A DNA stretch of 64,000 nucleotides from Octopus sinensis (lineage: Eukaryota). This document shows, piece after piece, positions 24,074 to 36,440 of this stretch (positions are counted from its first letter, which is position 1; each line of letters starts with the position of its first letter). Location: the NCBI RefSeq assembly GCF_006345805.1, contig NC_042998.1, positions 196,850,001-196,914,000 on the forward strand. Direction: 5' to 3'. Both the position numbers and the translations under genes were made by a program. A model generated the notes under the pieces. That model made no database searches and was not told the origin of the DNA. It was given only the letters and a program-made list of their open reading frames with translations.

Positions 24074-24710
24074 CACCATGACTGACCAGGCTATCAGATG
24101 TTGCTACACATCGCTGGTCACAATGCACTTCACACTGTTTTAGCCTTCAAATGACGCCACCCCGCTGGCTAAGCGAGCAGGCCAACAGAAGAAAGAGTGA
24201 GAGAAAGTTGTGGTGAAAGAGTACTGCAGGGATTGCCACCACCCTCTGCTGGAGTCTCGTGGAGCTTTTAGGTGTTTTCGCTCAATAAACACTCACAACG
24301 CCTGGTCTGGGAATCGAAACCGTGATCCTACGACTGCGAGTCTGCTGCCCTAACCACTGGGCCATTGCACCTCCATATATATATATATATATATATTTTT
24401 TGTTTTGCGTCAAAAGGGCAGGAGGAATACTCCTTCATCTGTTAACAATTGCCTTGGTTTGTTTCTCTTTGTTTTCTCTCAAAGATTCTTCAGTAGGTTT
24501 AGTAGAGTTCCCAAATCTGGAAAGAAAACCTCTCTAGTGATAACATTAAAATAACAATATCTCTTCTGTTTTTTTTCTTTGCTTGTTGAAATAAGTACCA
24601 GTTGAGTACTGGGGTTGATGCAGTCAGTTTACCCCCTCCCCGAAATTGCTGGACTTGTTCCAAAATTTGAAATCATTATTTAACAAATGATACTATTTGT
24701 GTTTCTCCAG

Positions 24711-24788
24711 CAAAATGAAACAGCTGCTGAAGTGGCACGGAGGAAAGAATATCCAGAGATTATATTAATTATTTCAGCAAATCCTAAG
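24711..24788 (+). CDS. ANKRD6: ANKRD6-like exon (last, partial ankyrin repeat)
   Basis: 78 nt, phase 0, ag/gt; QNETAAEVARRKEYPEIILIISANPK. Confidence 0.88.
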
Positions 24789-26280
24789 GTAATTAGACTT
24801 GACTTCTTAATTCTGTTTTTCATTTAATATTCTTTTATAAGCACTACATGAACTTCATCACTTACTGGGTTCTGTTCTCAGTTTGGGCTAAGCTTTGGCC
24901 CATGGGAACTTCTGAGGAATTCCAACCGTGTTTCATGGTTTGCCACCTCAACAGCTCCTTTATAGGATCCAGTGGATAAAGACATCATCAAGAGGATCCA
25001 CGTCCGGTTTCGGCCACTATTCTGCTGCCATTTACGATGCTCCCCCGCCCACCTTTTGGAGGTGTCTTCAGCTCTGGTGTTGAATGCGTTTCTTTTTTCT
25101 TTGGCCTTTTGTTCTTTGGTTTCTTCGATGCAGCATCAACAAATGGCAGCAGACGAATGACCATCCTGCCAAATTTCCCTCTAAATACTCGCTGGTAGGC
25201 TCCAGCAGCCAGCATCATGTGATACTATCTAAGCTTCAACTGACCAATGGAGGGGAAGGATGTGTAGTTTTGGCCTGTGTCCTCTCTAAACCTGCCTTCC
25301 AACAGCATTGTGTTGTGGAGGTGCAATGGCCTAATGGTTAGGGCAGTAGACTCGCGGTCGGAGGATCGTGGTTTTGATACTCAGATCCGGTGTTGTGTGT
25401 GTTTATTGAGCGAAAACACCTAAAGCTCCACGAGGCTCCGGCAAGGGGTGGTGGTGACCCCTGTTGTAGTCTTTTGCTCCAACTTTCTCTCACTGTTTCT
25501 TCCTGTTTCTTGTCCTCCCCGACTTCCTACGCAACCGCTGAGCCTGGATGCGCATTCATCCATCCGTCGATGCTCTCGGTGTCGGGGGTTGACCTGCTTT
25601 CTCTTCTGCAGGTCTTACGAATAGCTAAGGACCAAGTTTTGGACTTCTCCCATCTTGCGAGCTCTGGGACGAAGACTGTTCGCTCAACAGTATTGTGTTA
25701 GTTTCAGTTCCAGCATCCAGAGCCAACCAGCTGTCTGGTGGTACAAGCCTTCGAATTATCAGGGAGGAGGGCACGCAATGAACGAGATTGCATCCTTGGC
25801 TTCTGGTTTCTCAAGACAGACTCTGTTAAAGAATTACCTTTTAACAGTTACTTGCTTAAGTCCTTGGAGTCTGGCCATGCTGGGGCACCACTTTGAAGGG
25901 TTTGGGCTGAACAAACCAGTCCCAGTACTTATAATTTTGTTTTTAACTAGTATTTATCAGTTCTTTTGCTGAACTGCTAAGTTATGGGGGACAAAAATGA
26001 ACCAACACTGCTTGTTAAGCGGTGGGGAGGATTGATAAACACAGACACAAAGACACACATACATGTTGTAGATACATATTGGTTGAAAAATAGCTGCCTG
26101 AGATATGGACAACAACAGATTAAAACCCATGCACATTCTCACTTAATTACAATGGGTTTCATACAATTTTGTTCAACTAAACTTTTCGAGGCAGTGCCCC
26201 AGCTAGGCCATAGTCTAATGACTGAAACAAGTAAAAGATAAAAGATAACAGAAAGATGTAAGTTAAAACATAATATATAT

Positions 26281-28085
26281 CTTACAAACAATAACTCTGA
26301 GCACCTTTTCAAACTCCACCTGTCTAACACCCGTGGACATGTTTACAAAGTCAGAAAACAGCACAGCTCCTTCCATGACTTTTGGAAACATTTTTTCATG
26401 CTAAGAGTTGCTGAAGCATGGAACAAACTGCCGGCATCAGTTGTTAGTTGTCAGAGCACTGCATCCTCAAACTTCCATTCTTCCTGAGATCCGCCAACAC
26501 TACACCTGATTTTCTCTTCCCTCCATAACACACACAACAATAACCCTGAGCACCTTTTCAAGTCCACCTGTCTACACCTGTGACATTTTACAAAGTCAAA
26601 ACATCACAGCTCCTTCCATGACTTTTGGAAACTTGTTTCATCAAGAGTTGCTGAAGCATGGAACAAACTGCCGCATCAGTTGTTAGTTGTCAGAGCACTG
26701 CATCCTTCAAACTTCCATGCTTCCTGAGATCCGCCAACCTACACCTTGATTTTCTCCTCACTCCTCATACACACACAACATAACCTCTGAGCACCTTTTC
26801 AAAGTTCCACCTGTCTAACACCTGGGACATGTTTACAAAGTCAAAACACACAGCTCCTTCCATGACTTTTGAAACATTTTTCATGCTAAGAGTTGCTGAA
26901 GCATGGAACAAACGGCCGGCATCAGTTGTTAGTTGTCAGAGCACTGCAATCCTTCAAAACTTCCATGCTTCCTGAGATCCGCCAACACTACACCTGATTT
27001 TCTCTTCCCTCCATACACACACAACAATAACCCTGAGCACCTTTTCAAAGTCCACCTGTCTAACACCTGTGGACATGTTTACAAAGTCAGAAAACAGCAC
27101 AGCTCCTTCCATGACTTTTGGAAACATTTTTTCATGCTAAGAGTTGCTGAAGCATGGAACAAACGGCCGGCATCAGTTGTTAGTTGTCAGAGCACTGCAT
27201 CCTTCAAAACTTCCATGCTTCCTGAGATCCGCCAACACTACACCTGATTTTCTCTTCCCTCCATACACACACAAGCATGTATCTGACTCATACACTGTTC
27301 ACTTTCCAGACATTTTTACATTACTGCATATGCTTTATACGCACTTTTGACAAGTTGTGGTGCACCTGAGCACTGTATACAATAATTTCATTATTATTGT
27401 TATTATAACATCCGTGGACATTTACAAAGTCAAAAACACACTCCTTCCATGACTTTCGGAACATTTTTTCATGCTAAGAGTGCTGAAGCATGGAACAAAC
27501 TACCGGCATCAGTTGTTAGTTGTCGGAGCACTGCATCCTTCAAAACTTCCATGCTTCCTGAGATTCGCCAACACTACACCTGATTTTCTCTCCCCTCCAT
27601 ACACACACAAGCATGTATCTGATTTATACACTGTTCACTTCCCAGACATTTGTACATTACTGCATATGCTTTATACGCACTTTTGACAAGTTGTGGTGCA
27701 CCTGAGCACTGTATACAATAATTTCATTATTATTGTTATTATAACATCCGTGGACATGTTTACAAAGTCAGAAAACAGCACAGCTCCTTCCATGACTTTC
27801 GGAAACATTTTTTCATGCTAAGAGTTGCTGAAGCATGGAACAAACTACCGGCATCAGTTGTTAGTTGTCGGAGCACTGCATCCTTCAAAACTTCCATGCT
27901 TCCTGAGATTCGCCAACACTACACCTGATTTTCTCCCCTCCATACACACAAGCAAGCATGTATCTGACTCATACACTGTTCACTTCCCAGACATTTTTAC
28001 ATTACTGCATATGCTTTATACGCACTTTTGACAAGTTGTGGTGCACCTGAGCACTGTATACAATCATTTCATTATTGCTATTATT
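26281..28085 (+). repeat. Tandem array of ~6 CR1 3' fragments
   Basis: Repeated ...LPEIRQHYT* units of ~245 and ~335 bp. Confidence 0.9.
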
Positions 28086-28492
28086 ATTATATTATGTTTT
28101 ATATATATCGTTTTGTCCTCTCAAGTGACAGTTCCACTTAAAAAGCACCTGTGTCACTGCTGCATTTATGCACCTATGCTAGTGCTGCACTAATGCAGTT
28201 GTGCCAGTGCTGCGTTAATGCACCCATGCTGGTGGTACATAAAAAATGCATCCAGTACACTGTTAGATGGTTGGCATTAGGAAGGGCATCCAGCCACAGA
28301 ACCCATGCCACGACAAATAGTTGGAGTCAGCTCCATGTCAAACTGTCCAATCCATGCCAGCATGGAAAGCAGACATTAAACGATGATGATGATGATGATG
28401 ATGATCATGTTTTCATTCTCTGCCTTGAAGAATCTCAAGTAACTTGGAGGAATTGTCTCTCTTCTTGAGACAAATGAAATTAAATAAACATA

Positions 28493-28655
28493 CCGCAGGA
28501 GTGGCTGTGTGGTAAGTAGCTTGCTAACCAACCACATGGTTCCGGGTTCAGTCCCACTGCATGGCACCTTGGGCAAGTGCCTTCTGCTATAGCCTCGGGC
28601 TGACCAAAACCTTGTGAGTGGATTTGGTGACGGAAACTGAAAGAAGCCTGTTGTA

Positions 28656-28743
<88 letters not shown>

Positions 28744-28958
28744 GTGTGTATATGTTTGTGTGTCTGTGTTTGTCCCTCTAGCATTGCTTGACAACCGATG
28801 CTGGTGTGTTTACGTCCCTGTCACTTAGCGGTTTGGCAAAAGAGACCGATAGAATAAGTACTGGGCTTACAAAGAATAAGTCGTGGGGTTGATTTGCTCG
28901 ACTAAAGACAGTGCTCCAGCATGGCCGCATTCAAATGACTGAAACAAGTAAAAGAGTA
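28493..28958 (+). mobile_element. SINE family B with internal (TA)n. Other copies: ~6231-6575 -, 6572-6925 +, 20311-20620 +, 25850-26060 -, 50915-51312 -, 55378-55798 -, 58189-58574 -
   Basis: Head ggagtggctgtgtggtaagtag...gggttcagtccc; tail ggtgctccagcatggccgcagtcaaatgactgaaac. Confidence 0.9.
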
Positions 28959-28998
28959 TAAGTGTCTTTTCCTAGACTTTTGTATTTATTTTATGCAG

Positions 28999-29166
28999 GG
29001 CAAAGCTCGACCTCACCAGATTGTTCCAGAAGATAAACAAGCTGTCCACATTGCTGTCGATGGACCAAACATGGTGTTCAGAGGTAATGCTCCCACCGCT
29101 GCCAATAAAGAAACAGCAAAACCAGAAAAGGAGAGGAGATTCTTCTTCTTCAAGAGGAAGAAAAAA
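28999..29166 (+). CDS. ANKRD6: ANKRD6-like linker exon with basic patch
   Basis: 168 nt, phase 0, atgcag/gtaagg; GKARPHQ...EKERRFFFFKRKKK; keeps frame. Confidence 0.75.
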
Positions 29167-29928
29167 GTAAGGAGTTATGTTTTTTTTTTTTTTTTTTTTG
29201 TTTTTTATCTTTCTCCTTCATCAGTTCTACTACTACTACTACTACTACTACGAATACTGCTGCTGCTGCTGTAGAAACTTTGCCAGATCAGATTATAGCC
29301 TGATGCAGCCTCCTGGCTTGCCGGTCCTCAGTCAAACCATCCAACCCATGCCAGCATGGAAAGCAGACATTAAATGATGATAATGATGATGATGATGAAA
29401 ATAAGTACCAGTGGTGCACTAGGATCAATGTAATCGACTTACCCCCTCCCCTGAAATTACTGGCCTTGTGCCAAAATTTGAAACTATTATTTCTAAGTAA
29501 TACAGAATTATGAATTGGAAGACTTGTTAAAGCGGCAGACAAATACCTTGTTGTATTTAGCTGTGTCCCTTTATGTTCTGTTTTCAAATCCCTCGCTCGT
29601 CAACTTTACCTTTCATCCTTCTGAGGGTTTGATAGGCGCCGGCACGGCTGTGTGGTTAGGAAGCCTGCTTTTCGACCACATGGTTTCAGGTTCAGTCTCA
29701 CTGCATGACACCTTGGGCAAGTGTCTTCTGCTATAACTTCGGGCCGACTGAAGCCTTGTGATTGAATTTGATAGGCAGAAGACCCCATCATGTGTGTTCT
29801 TGTGTGTGTGACTGAAAGGAGAGAAACTTACAAGTCAAATACTGTGATTGATATAACCAACTATTTCCCTCTTGCAACTCTGAGTTTCTTGTACCTATAT
29901 CAGATACCGATTTGTTTTTTTTTTTTAG

Positions 29929-30126
29929 CCGGACAAAGATAGAGCATCAGGGCCAGAGCACCCACAGCCAACCACAAGCAGACAACAGCAACAACAACAA
30001 CAACCACAAAAATTACATACACCACACCAAGCAAACAAAAGCAATCCAGTTCAAGGATTCTTCAACAAATATGTCCCTAAAGAAGGGTTTCAGTACTACA
30101 GGGACCTGGCTGGAAATATCAAAGAG
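29929..30126 (+). CDS. ANKRD6: ANKRD6-like exon with polyQ and conserved YYRDLAGNIK motif
   Basis: 198 nt, phase 0, poly-T tag/gtgaga; ends QYYRDLAGNIKE (compare human LYRGKDGKVMQ). Confidence 0.82.
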
Positions 30127-30249
30127 GTGAGAAACTGTGCTCTGTTTATAGTAAAGGGCTTAAAGCTGTACTCTATAGGTATTATTTTGTTATTGCTTCT
30201 GTTCTTGTTACTATTGCTATTGTTACAGGTATTTCATTGTTTTATATTG

Positions 30250-30290
<41 letters not shown>

Positions 30291-30294
30291 TATA

Positions 30295-30349
<55 letters not shown>

Positions 30350-30351
<2 letters not shown>

Positions 30352-30688
30352 AGGCGCATGGCTCAGTGGTTAGAGCGTCGAGCTTACGATCGTGAGGTTG
30401 TGAGCTCGAATTCCGGACCGGGCTGCGTGTTGTGTTCTCGAGCAAGGCACTTTTTTCACGTTGCTCCAGTTCACTCAGCTGTAGAAATGAGTTGCGACGT
30501 CACAGGTGCCAAGCTGTATCGACCTTTGTCTTTCCCTTGGATAACACTGGTGGCGTGGAGAGGGGAGGCTGGTATGCATGGGTGATTGCTGGCCTTCCAT
30601 AAACAACCTTGCCCGGACTTGTGTCTAGGAGGATAACTTTCTAGGTGCAATCCCATGGTCATTCATGACCGAAGGGGGTCTTTACCCC

Positions 30689-30689
<1 letters not shown>
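30350..30689 (+). mobile_element. Intact tRNA-derived SINE family D
   Basis: tggctcagtggtta A box; B-box-like gagctcgaattcc. Confidence 0.88.
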
Positions 30690-30735
<46 letters not shown>

Positions 30736-32130
30736 ATATCGGACGGTGTTTGTTACGTGCCACCAGCACGGAGGCCAGCTGATCCAAACGTGGCAGTAGA
30801 GTAGCCAGCACCGCATCGACTGGCCTCTGTGCTGGTGGCACGTAACAAACACCATCCGAACGTGGCCATTCGCCAGCCTCGTCTGGCACCTGTGTCGGTG
30901 GCACATAAAATGCACCCACTACACTCTCGGAGTGGTTGGCATTAGGAAGGGCATCAAGCTGTAGAAACTCTGCCAGATCAAGATTGGGGCCTGGTGCAGC
31001 CTTCGGGCTTCCCAGACCCCAGTTGAACTGTCCAACCCATGCTAGCATGGAAAGCGGACGTTAAACGATGATGATGATGATGATATAAATAGATGAGTGT
31101 ATTTTTCCCTTGTATTTTTCTATATACCAGTGTAAAATCATTACTTATAATAAAGTACGATATTACATTCTGAAAGCCATGGAAGGAGCTGTGCTGTTTT
31201 CTGACTTCGTAAACATGACCACGAGTTTTAGACAGATGGAGTTTGAAAAGGTGCTCAGAGTTATTGTTTGTAAGATGATTAATAATTTTATGGGTGTCTG
31301 CCAAGTCAGCTGCCAGACGTCGGAGTTTCAATGTATCCATGCCCAGGGAAGTAAGGTGTTCAGAATATCTAAAACTCTGTTGAGCCCCTAGTGTAAACCT
31401 GCTTGGTAAGATTGACTGTAATGGATATATAATACTGCACAATTTGATTCACACATACACACATGCATAATAGAGTGATCACTACAGATGAGCCTTTATT
31501 TTCAAGTGAAATTAGCTTGCTAGTATAGTGACTTGCTTGCTGTGGGACAGTTATTTCCCCTGTCAGTGCATAGACAATGTGCTTTTTGTGTGTTAGCGTG
31601 CCGAGCGAAATGCTTAGCGGTATTTCGTCTGCCGTTAAGTACTGATTTCAAATTCCACTGAGGTTGACTTTACCTTTCATCCTTTCGAGGTCGATAAATA
31701 AAGTACCAGTTTCTGTCCTTGTTTGTCCCCTCTATGTTTAGCCCCTTGTGGGTAATAAAGAAATAGGCGTCTGTCGTTACATTCTGAGTTAAAATTCTGC
31801 CGAGGTCGACTTTACCTTTCATCCTTTCGGGGTCGATAAATAAAGTACCAGTTTCGCACTGGGGTCGATGTAATCGACTTAATCCCTTTGTCTGTCCTTG
31901 TTTGTCACCTCTGTATTTAGCCCCTTGTGGGCAATAAAGAAATATATATTGGTCTTTGACTCTTGTTTCTAGCAATGTAGGTGCTATCCTACACCCTCAG
32001 TCACTATTAGTGACAATTGTATTTTTCATGTTTAGTTTTACACTGTGTCTATTCACCTTTGTTATTTTATGTATATATATATATATATATATCTAATATA
32101 AAACTTTTCTCCTCCTTTACTCCATTACAG

Positions 32131-34692
32131 GGTCCTATTGGTTATACACCAATATGTCAGTGTATGCCAATCGTGAAGAGAATCGAAAAGAACATGGATG
32201 AGACGAGGGAGAACCTTTATGAGCACATTGATGCCTCACACCAGATATTACAGAACCGCATCAACCAGCTGGACAAACGGACATCACAGCAGGTTTTCTC
32301 TATTGATCGTCTTAACAAGGAGAGGTTGAATGCTTCTCATAACCATTGTAAGCAACATATTGACTCTCAGTTCAACCAGCAACGGAAAGATGCTGAGCGC
32401 TTATATACAAAATACAATGAGAACGTAAAATCCGAACTTCAAGCCTGGCTTGAGACGAGGTTAACTGATGAGGAAAGTTGTCACCCTCATCATCATGACG
32501 ACTCTGGATTTTACCATCGAAGCGTTTTCTTTGATGTTGTTGAGAATGAAAACGGTCGGTTGTTTCGGTCGCGTTCCGACGAAACTTTGTCGCAGTCGGA
32601 CTACAGTGTAAGACATCGGAAAAAAGACTTTTATGAAAATCGTCAAGCTGCAATGCAGCAGATCCGTGCTTGGCAAACACCTGACAGGTACAGACGCCGT
32701 GATAATTATCCTGTGAGAGACAGCCCTTTGAGACAGTTACCAACTGTATCAGTTCGAAATACAGTAACTGTTCCAGCTGGTCCCAGTATTACTCGTCCCC
32801 GCACTATGATAGAATGTACATCCCCAAATCAGACATCTTCCTTTAACCCCTCTGCACCTGCAATGGCTCAGCTCTCTTTAGAACCATCTCCAAATTCTAA
32901 AGCATTTGAAAATAGGGCAGTGAAACCGTTTACTCCTTCAAAATTAAGGCACTCCACACTTCCCTCTAAAACAAATAGTCCCAATTTACCATCGACTTCC
33001 TCTCAAGGCCTTGCCCCAGGACATTCTTTAAAACACCTAAGCCAGGTAATGCCTCACTTAAGCCACAGTAGTCAGGGCCAAAAGGATGAAAGGCAAAATT
33101 TAGTGGAAAGGGGCCCACCAGAAGTAAGCAAAATGATAGGACCTGAGATGGGCCCCAATAATGTATTTACTTCAAATCCGCCAACACGGAGACAGTTTAA
33201 TGAAAACTCTATGGAAAAAGATTCCAAGGAAACAGTTCGGAACCAGAGACAGTTTTTAACCGTTTCTAGTTACTCTGTGACAAAAACTTCTGAAACTCAG
33301 TTGTTACAGACGAAACAGTTTCTCCCCAAATCACCTGCTGCCAAAACCGGCAATGAAGATTCCAATGGAATGAGGCCCCGTAGTCATAGCCAAGACATGC
33401 TTGCTGATTCATCGTCCCGTGACGTAATTCGTGAAAAAAAATGTATAGGTTATTATCATTCTGAACGAACGATGCCATTAGACCGGAGTAAATCTTACGG
33501 TAACCTCAAGGAAGAACTATCAGGAACACAGTCTAATAGCGTCACGTTACAGTCAAATACGGCAATGATGTCACAGTACAGTCATCATCAGTCGTATACA
33601 GTGCCAACAGCTTTCAAAACTGCTCCTCCACCAAACTCTGCTTATTCTAACAGCGTCAACGCCACAAAATACACAAGACCTTCCATGGCAGATTCTGCTG
33701 CAAAATCATATGGAAATGAAGCAAAGCAGTCTCCGCAGAAAGATATGGTATTTTCCAATTCTAGTCAGTCTGTCTGCAAAGAACAGTATCAAAAACAAAT
33801 GCAGAAAGTTTTGTCACAGACAGCTCTAGACTACACATCCCCTTACAAGAATCCCACACTAGACTACTCTTCTCCTTACAAGAACCCTGCACTAAATCAC
33901 ACATCTCCTTACAAGAATACGGCACTAAGCTATCACAACAATGGTAAGAACATGCTAGGGAACCAACAGATGGGTAATCCTAACGTCAACGACACTGTCA
34001 ACCCTCTTAGTAGATCAGAACCACAACTGATGAAAGCAGACAGTTCAGATGGCCACCATTACAGAAACAGTCCAACAGCTGTGTCATCAAAAATAGTCGG
34101 TGCACCAACGAATAACAGCAGTGCAGCAGCTGGTGTGCAAAATAACAGCCACCAAAACCATTGGTCTTCGTCTCCACTGCAGAAATCCAACCCCAAACTC
34201 CCGTCTCCGATGTTAGACTGGTGTCATAAAGAGGACTCCAGCAGCAACCCCGATTCGGGCTATAGCTGTCGTATCTATGGCAACGGAAACAACAGAAGCA
34301 GCACGTTACTGAATACATCACACAGCAACACAACAACCCCAACATCTTCGTTTAGTGGAACTGATCAGAGTCCGAGTACAGCGTCCGCCTCTTTACAGCT
34401 GTCACCTTACAGGGGACAGCTACAGACCCAAGTGGCCAGAGATGGCTATGATGACCGACAGCCAACTAACAAACAGTATTTCGAGTCAGTCTCAGCTCAT
34501 CTTCAGAATTGGTACAGCAAGAAGAAACTAGAGACTTCTCAAAAGGAAGCACCAAAGACTCTTTCACCAACATTATTACAACAACAACACCAGCAACAAA
34601 TAGCACCATCTTTTGGTACAAACAGTCCATATATGGCAACAAATTACCCCCCTACACCAGTGAAAGGCTACATCAGAGGAAGTGATGTATAG
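32131..34692 (+). CDS. ANKRD6: ANKRD6-like terminal coding exon (coiled coil, long low-complexity region, conserved C-terminal motif)
   Basis: ttacag acceptor; GPIGYTPICQCMPIVKRIE resembles APINGCRCEPLINKLE; KQYFESVSAHLQNWYSKKKLE resembles [20 protein letters not shown]; TAG at 34690-34692. Confidence 0.9.
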   Translation, partial: GPIGYTPICQCMPIVKRIEKNMDETRENLYEHIDASHQILQNRINQLDKRTSQQVFSIDRLNKERLNASHNHCKQHIDSQFNQQRKDAERLYTKYNENVKSELQAWLETRLTDEESCHPHHHDDSGFYHRSVFFDVVENENGRLFRSRSDETLSQSDYSVRHRKKDFYENRQAAMQQIRAWQTPDRYRRRDNYPVRDSPLRQLPTVSVRNTVTVPAGPSITRPRTMIECTSPNQTSSFNPSAPAMAQLSLEPSPNSKAFENRAVKPFTPSKLRHSTLPSKTNSPNLPSTSSQGLAPGHSLKHLSQVMPHLSHSSQGQKDERQNLVERGPPEVSKMIGPEMGPNNVFTSNPPTRRQFNENSMEKDSKETVRNQRQFLTVSSYSVTKTSETQLLQTKQFLPKSPAAKTGNEDSNGMRPRSHSQDMLADSSSRDVIREKKCIGYYHSERTMPLDRSKSYGNLKEELSGTQSNSVTLQSNTAMMSQYSHHQSYTVPTAFKTAPPPNSAYSNSVNATKYTRPSMADSAAKSYGNEAKQSPQKDMVFSNSSQSVCKEQYQKQMQKVLSQTALDYTSPYKNPTLDYSSPYKNPALNHTSPYKNTALSYHNNGKNMLGNQQMGNPNVNDTVNPLSRSEPQLMKADSSDGHHYRNSPTAVSSKIVGAPTNNSSAAAGVQNNSHQNHWSSSPLQKSNPKLPSPMLDWCHKEDSSSNPDSGYSCRIYGNGNNRSSTLLNTSHSNTTTPTSSFSGTDQSPSTASASLQLSPYRGQLQTQVARDGYDDRQPTNKQYFESVSAHLQNWYSKKKLETSQKEAPKTLSPTLLQQQHQQQIAPSFGTNSPYMATNYPPTPVKGYIRGSDV

Positions 34693-34884
34693 TAACATTA
34701 ACATCATACATATACATTCCATAATACTTTCACATTCCGTCATACATACACACTTTCTCTCTTGCACATGCATACACTCCATAATACACTATATTATTAA
34801 AGATCTATGTACACATAGATACCTGTATATATGTATATACTGACATTCCAATTTATTAGTGTTATAAATGATGAGAAAATGTTT

Positions 34885-34912
34885 GAATTTGTTTACATGT
34901 GCATATATATTC

Positions 34913-34975
<63 letters not shown>

Positions 34976-35007
34976 GTATGTATATATATATATGTGTGTG
35001 TGTATAT

Positions 35008-35051
<44 letters not shown>

Positions 35052-35052
35052 A

Positions 35053-35131
<79 letters not shown>

Positions 35132-35140
35132 CATACATAT
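34885..35140. repeat. (TA)n microsatellite downstream of the ANKRD6 stop
   Basis: Directly visible; source of spurious IYIY ORFs. Confidence 0.95.
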
Positions 35141-36019
35141 AAGCGGCGAGCTGGCAGAAACGTTAGCACGCCGGGCGAAATGCATAGCCGTATTTCGTCT
35201 GGCGTTACGTTCTGAGTTCAAATTCCGCCGAGGTCGACTTTGCCTTTCATTCTTTCGGGGGCGATAAATTAAGTACCAGTTACGCACTGGGGTCGATGTA
35301 ATCGACTTAATCCGTTTGTCTGTCCTTGTTTGTCCCCTCTGTGTTTAGCCCCTTGTGGGTAGTAAAGAAATTTATATTCATGTAAATATGTGTATATGTA
35401 TATATGAAGATGCATTACTAGACTTGAACGTTATCCTGTTATCATCCAAACATCTTCAAAATAAATTAAGGTCAAGGTACCAAGACAAAAATATACCTTA
35501 CATATTAACACACCATTAGTTACCAATTCACCATTTAGTCATCATCTGTCTCAACAACTCCAAAGTTCAAATTTACAAGATACTAATTTAACAATTCCAT
35601 GTTTCAGATAATCCCTCCTTCTATAACGAATCAAATAAAATCTGGGAGCAATCTGGATTAACTGTGGGTCAGTTGGTACAGTAATTAATATCCTGATAAG
35701 ACGTGATCAAAAACACCAAACACACTACACAATCAAGTGTATTTCATGAGTTAATTGCAAAGCCAATGTATTTCATGCTGTGATGGAAAGGAAGAATTGT
35801 AAGTCAGCATTAGAGACGGTGGTCCTTCCTCAAGAGAGAAAGGAAAAGAAAATAGAAAACATTAGCATACAGCGGTGGTGCCCCAGCATGGCCGTGGCTT
35901 TCGGGCTAATACATTTTTAAGGATTTTAAGGATACAGAATGTTGGTTCAGAAGAGTCTTTAAATCCTGTAATCATTTGTATTAGAGGTGTAAACGATGCT
36001 ATGGTCTATTAAGATGTAG

Positions 36020-36440
36020 TTCGTTGTGAGAGGGATACTAGGGTTTAGGGTTTATTCTGGTAGAGTCCACATTGTGAAAGGGGTGTTAAGGTCTATTTAT
36101 GGTGAAATTGATTGTGAGAAGAGTGCTAGCATCTATGGTGCGGTTCATTGCATGAGGGGTACTAGGGTCTATTCACAGTGCAACACATTGTGTGAGGAGC
36201 GCTAGGGTTTAATTATGGTGGAGTTCATTGTGAAAGGGGTGCTAAAGTCCATTTACAGTGCAGTTCATTGTGAAAGGGGTGCTAAAGTCCATTTATGGTG
36301 CAGTTCATTGTGAAAGGGGTGCTAAAGTCCATTTACGGTGCAGTTCATTGTTAAAGGGGTGCTAAAGTCCATTTATGGTGGAGTTCATTGTGCAAGGGAT
36401 GCTAGAATCTATTTGTAGCTCAGTTCATTGTGAGAAGAGG
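36020..36440. repeat. 40-bp minisatellite (gttcattgtgaaaggggtgctaaagtccatttacggtgca), ~4 good copies plus degenerate flanks
   Basis: Directly visible periodicity. Confidence 0.85.

Noticed and set aside
32017-32130. N-terminal part of the 891-aa ORF
   Set aside because: Intronic (TA repeat and polypyrimidine tract); the real exon begins at the 32131 acceptor
34862-35287. ORFs rich in IY, HT or CV (also near 4500-4850, 9335, 12637, 28480 and 55513)
   Set aside because: Translations of (TA)n, (CA)n and (TAA)n microsatellites and SINEs
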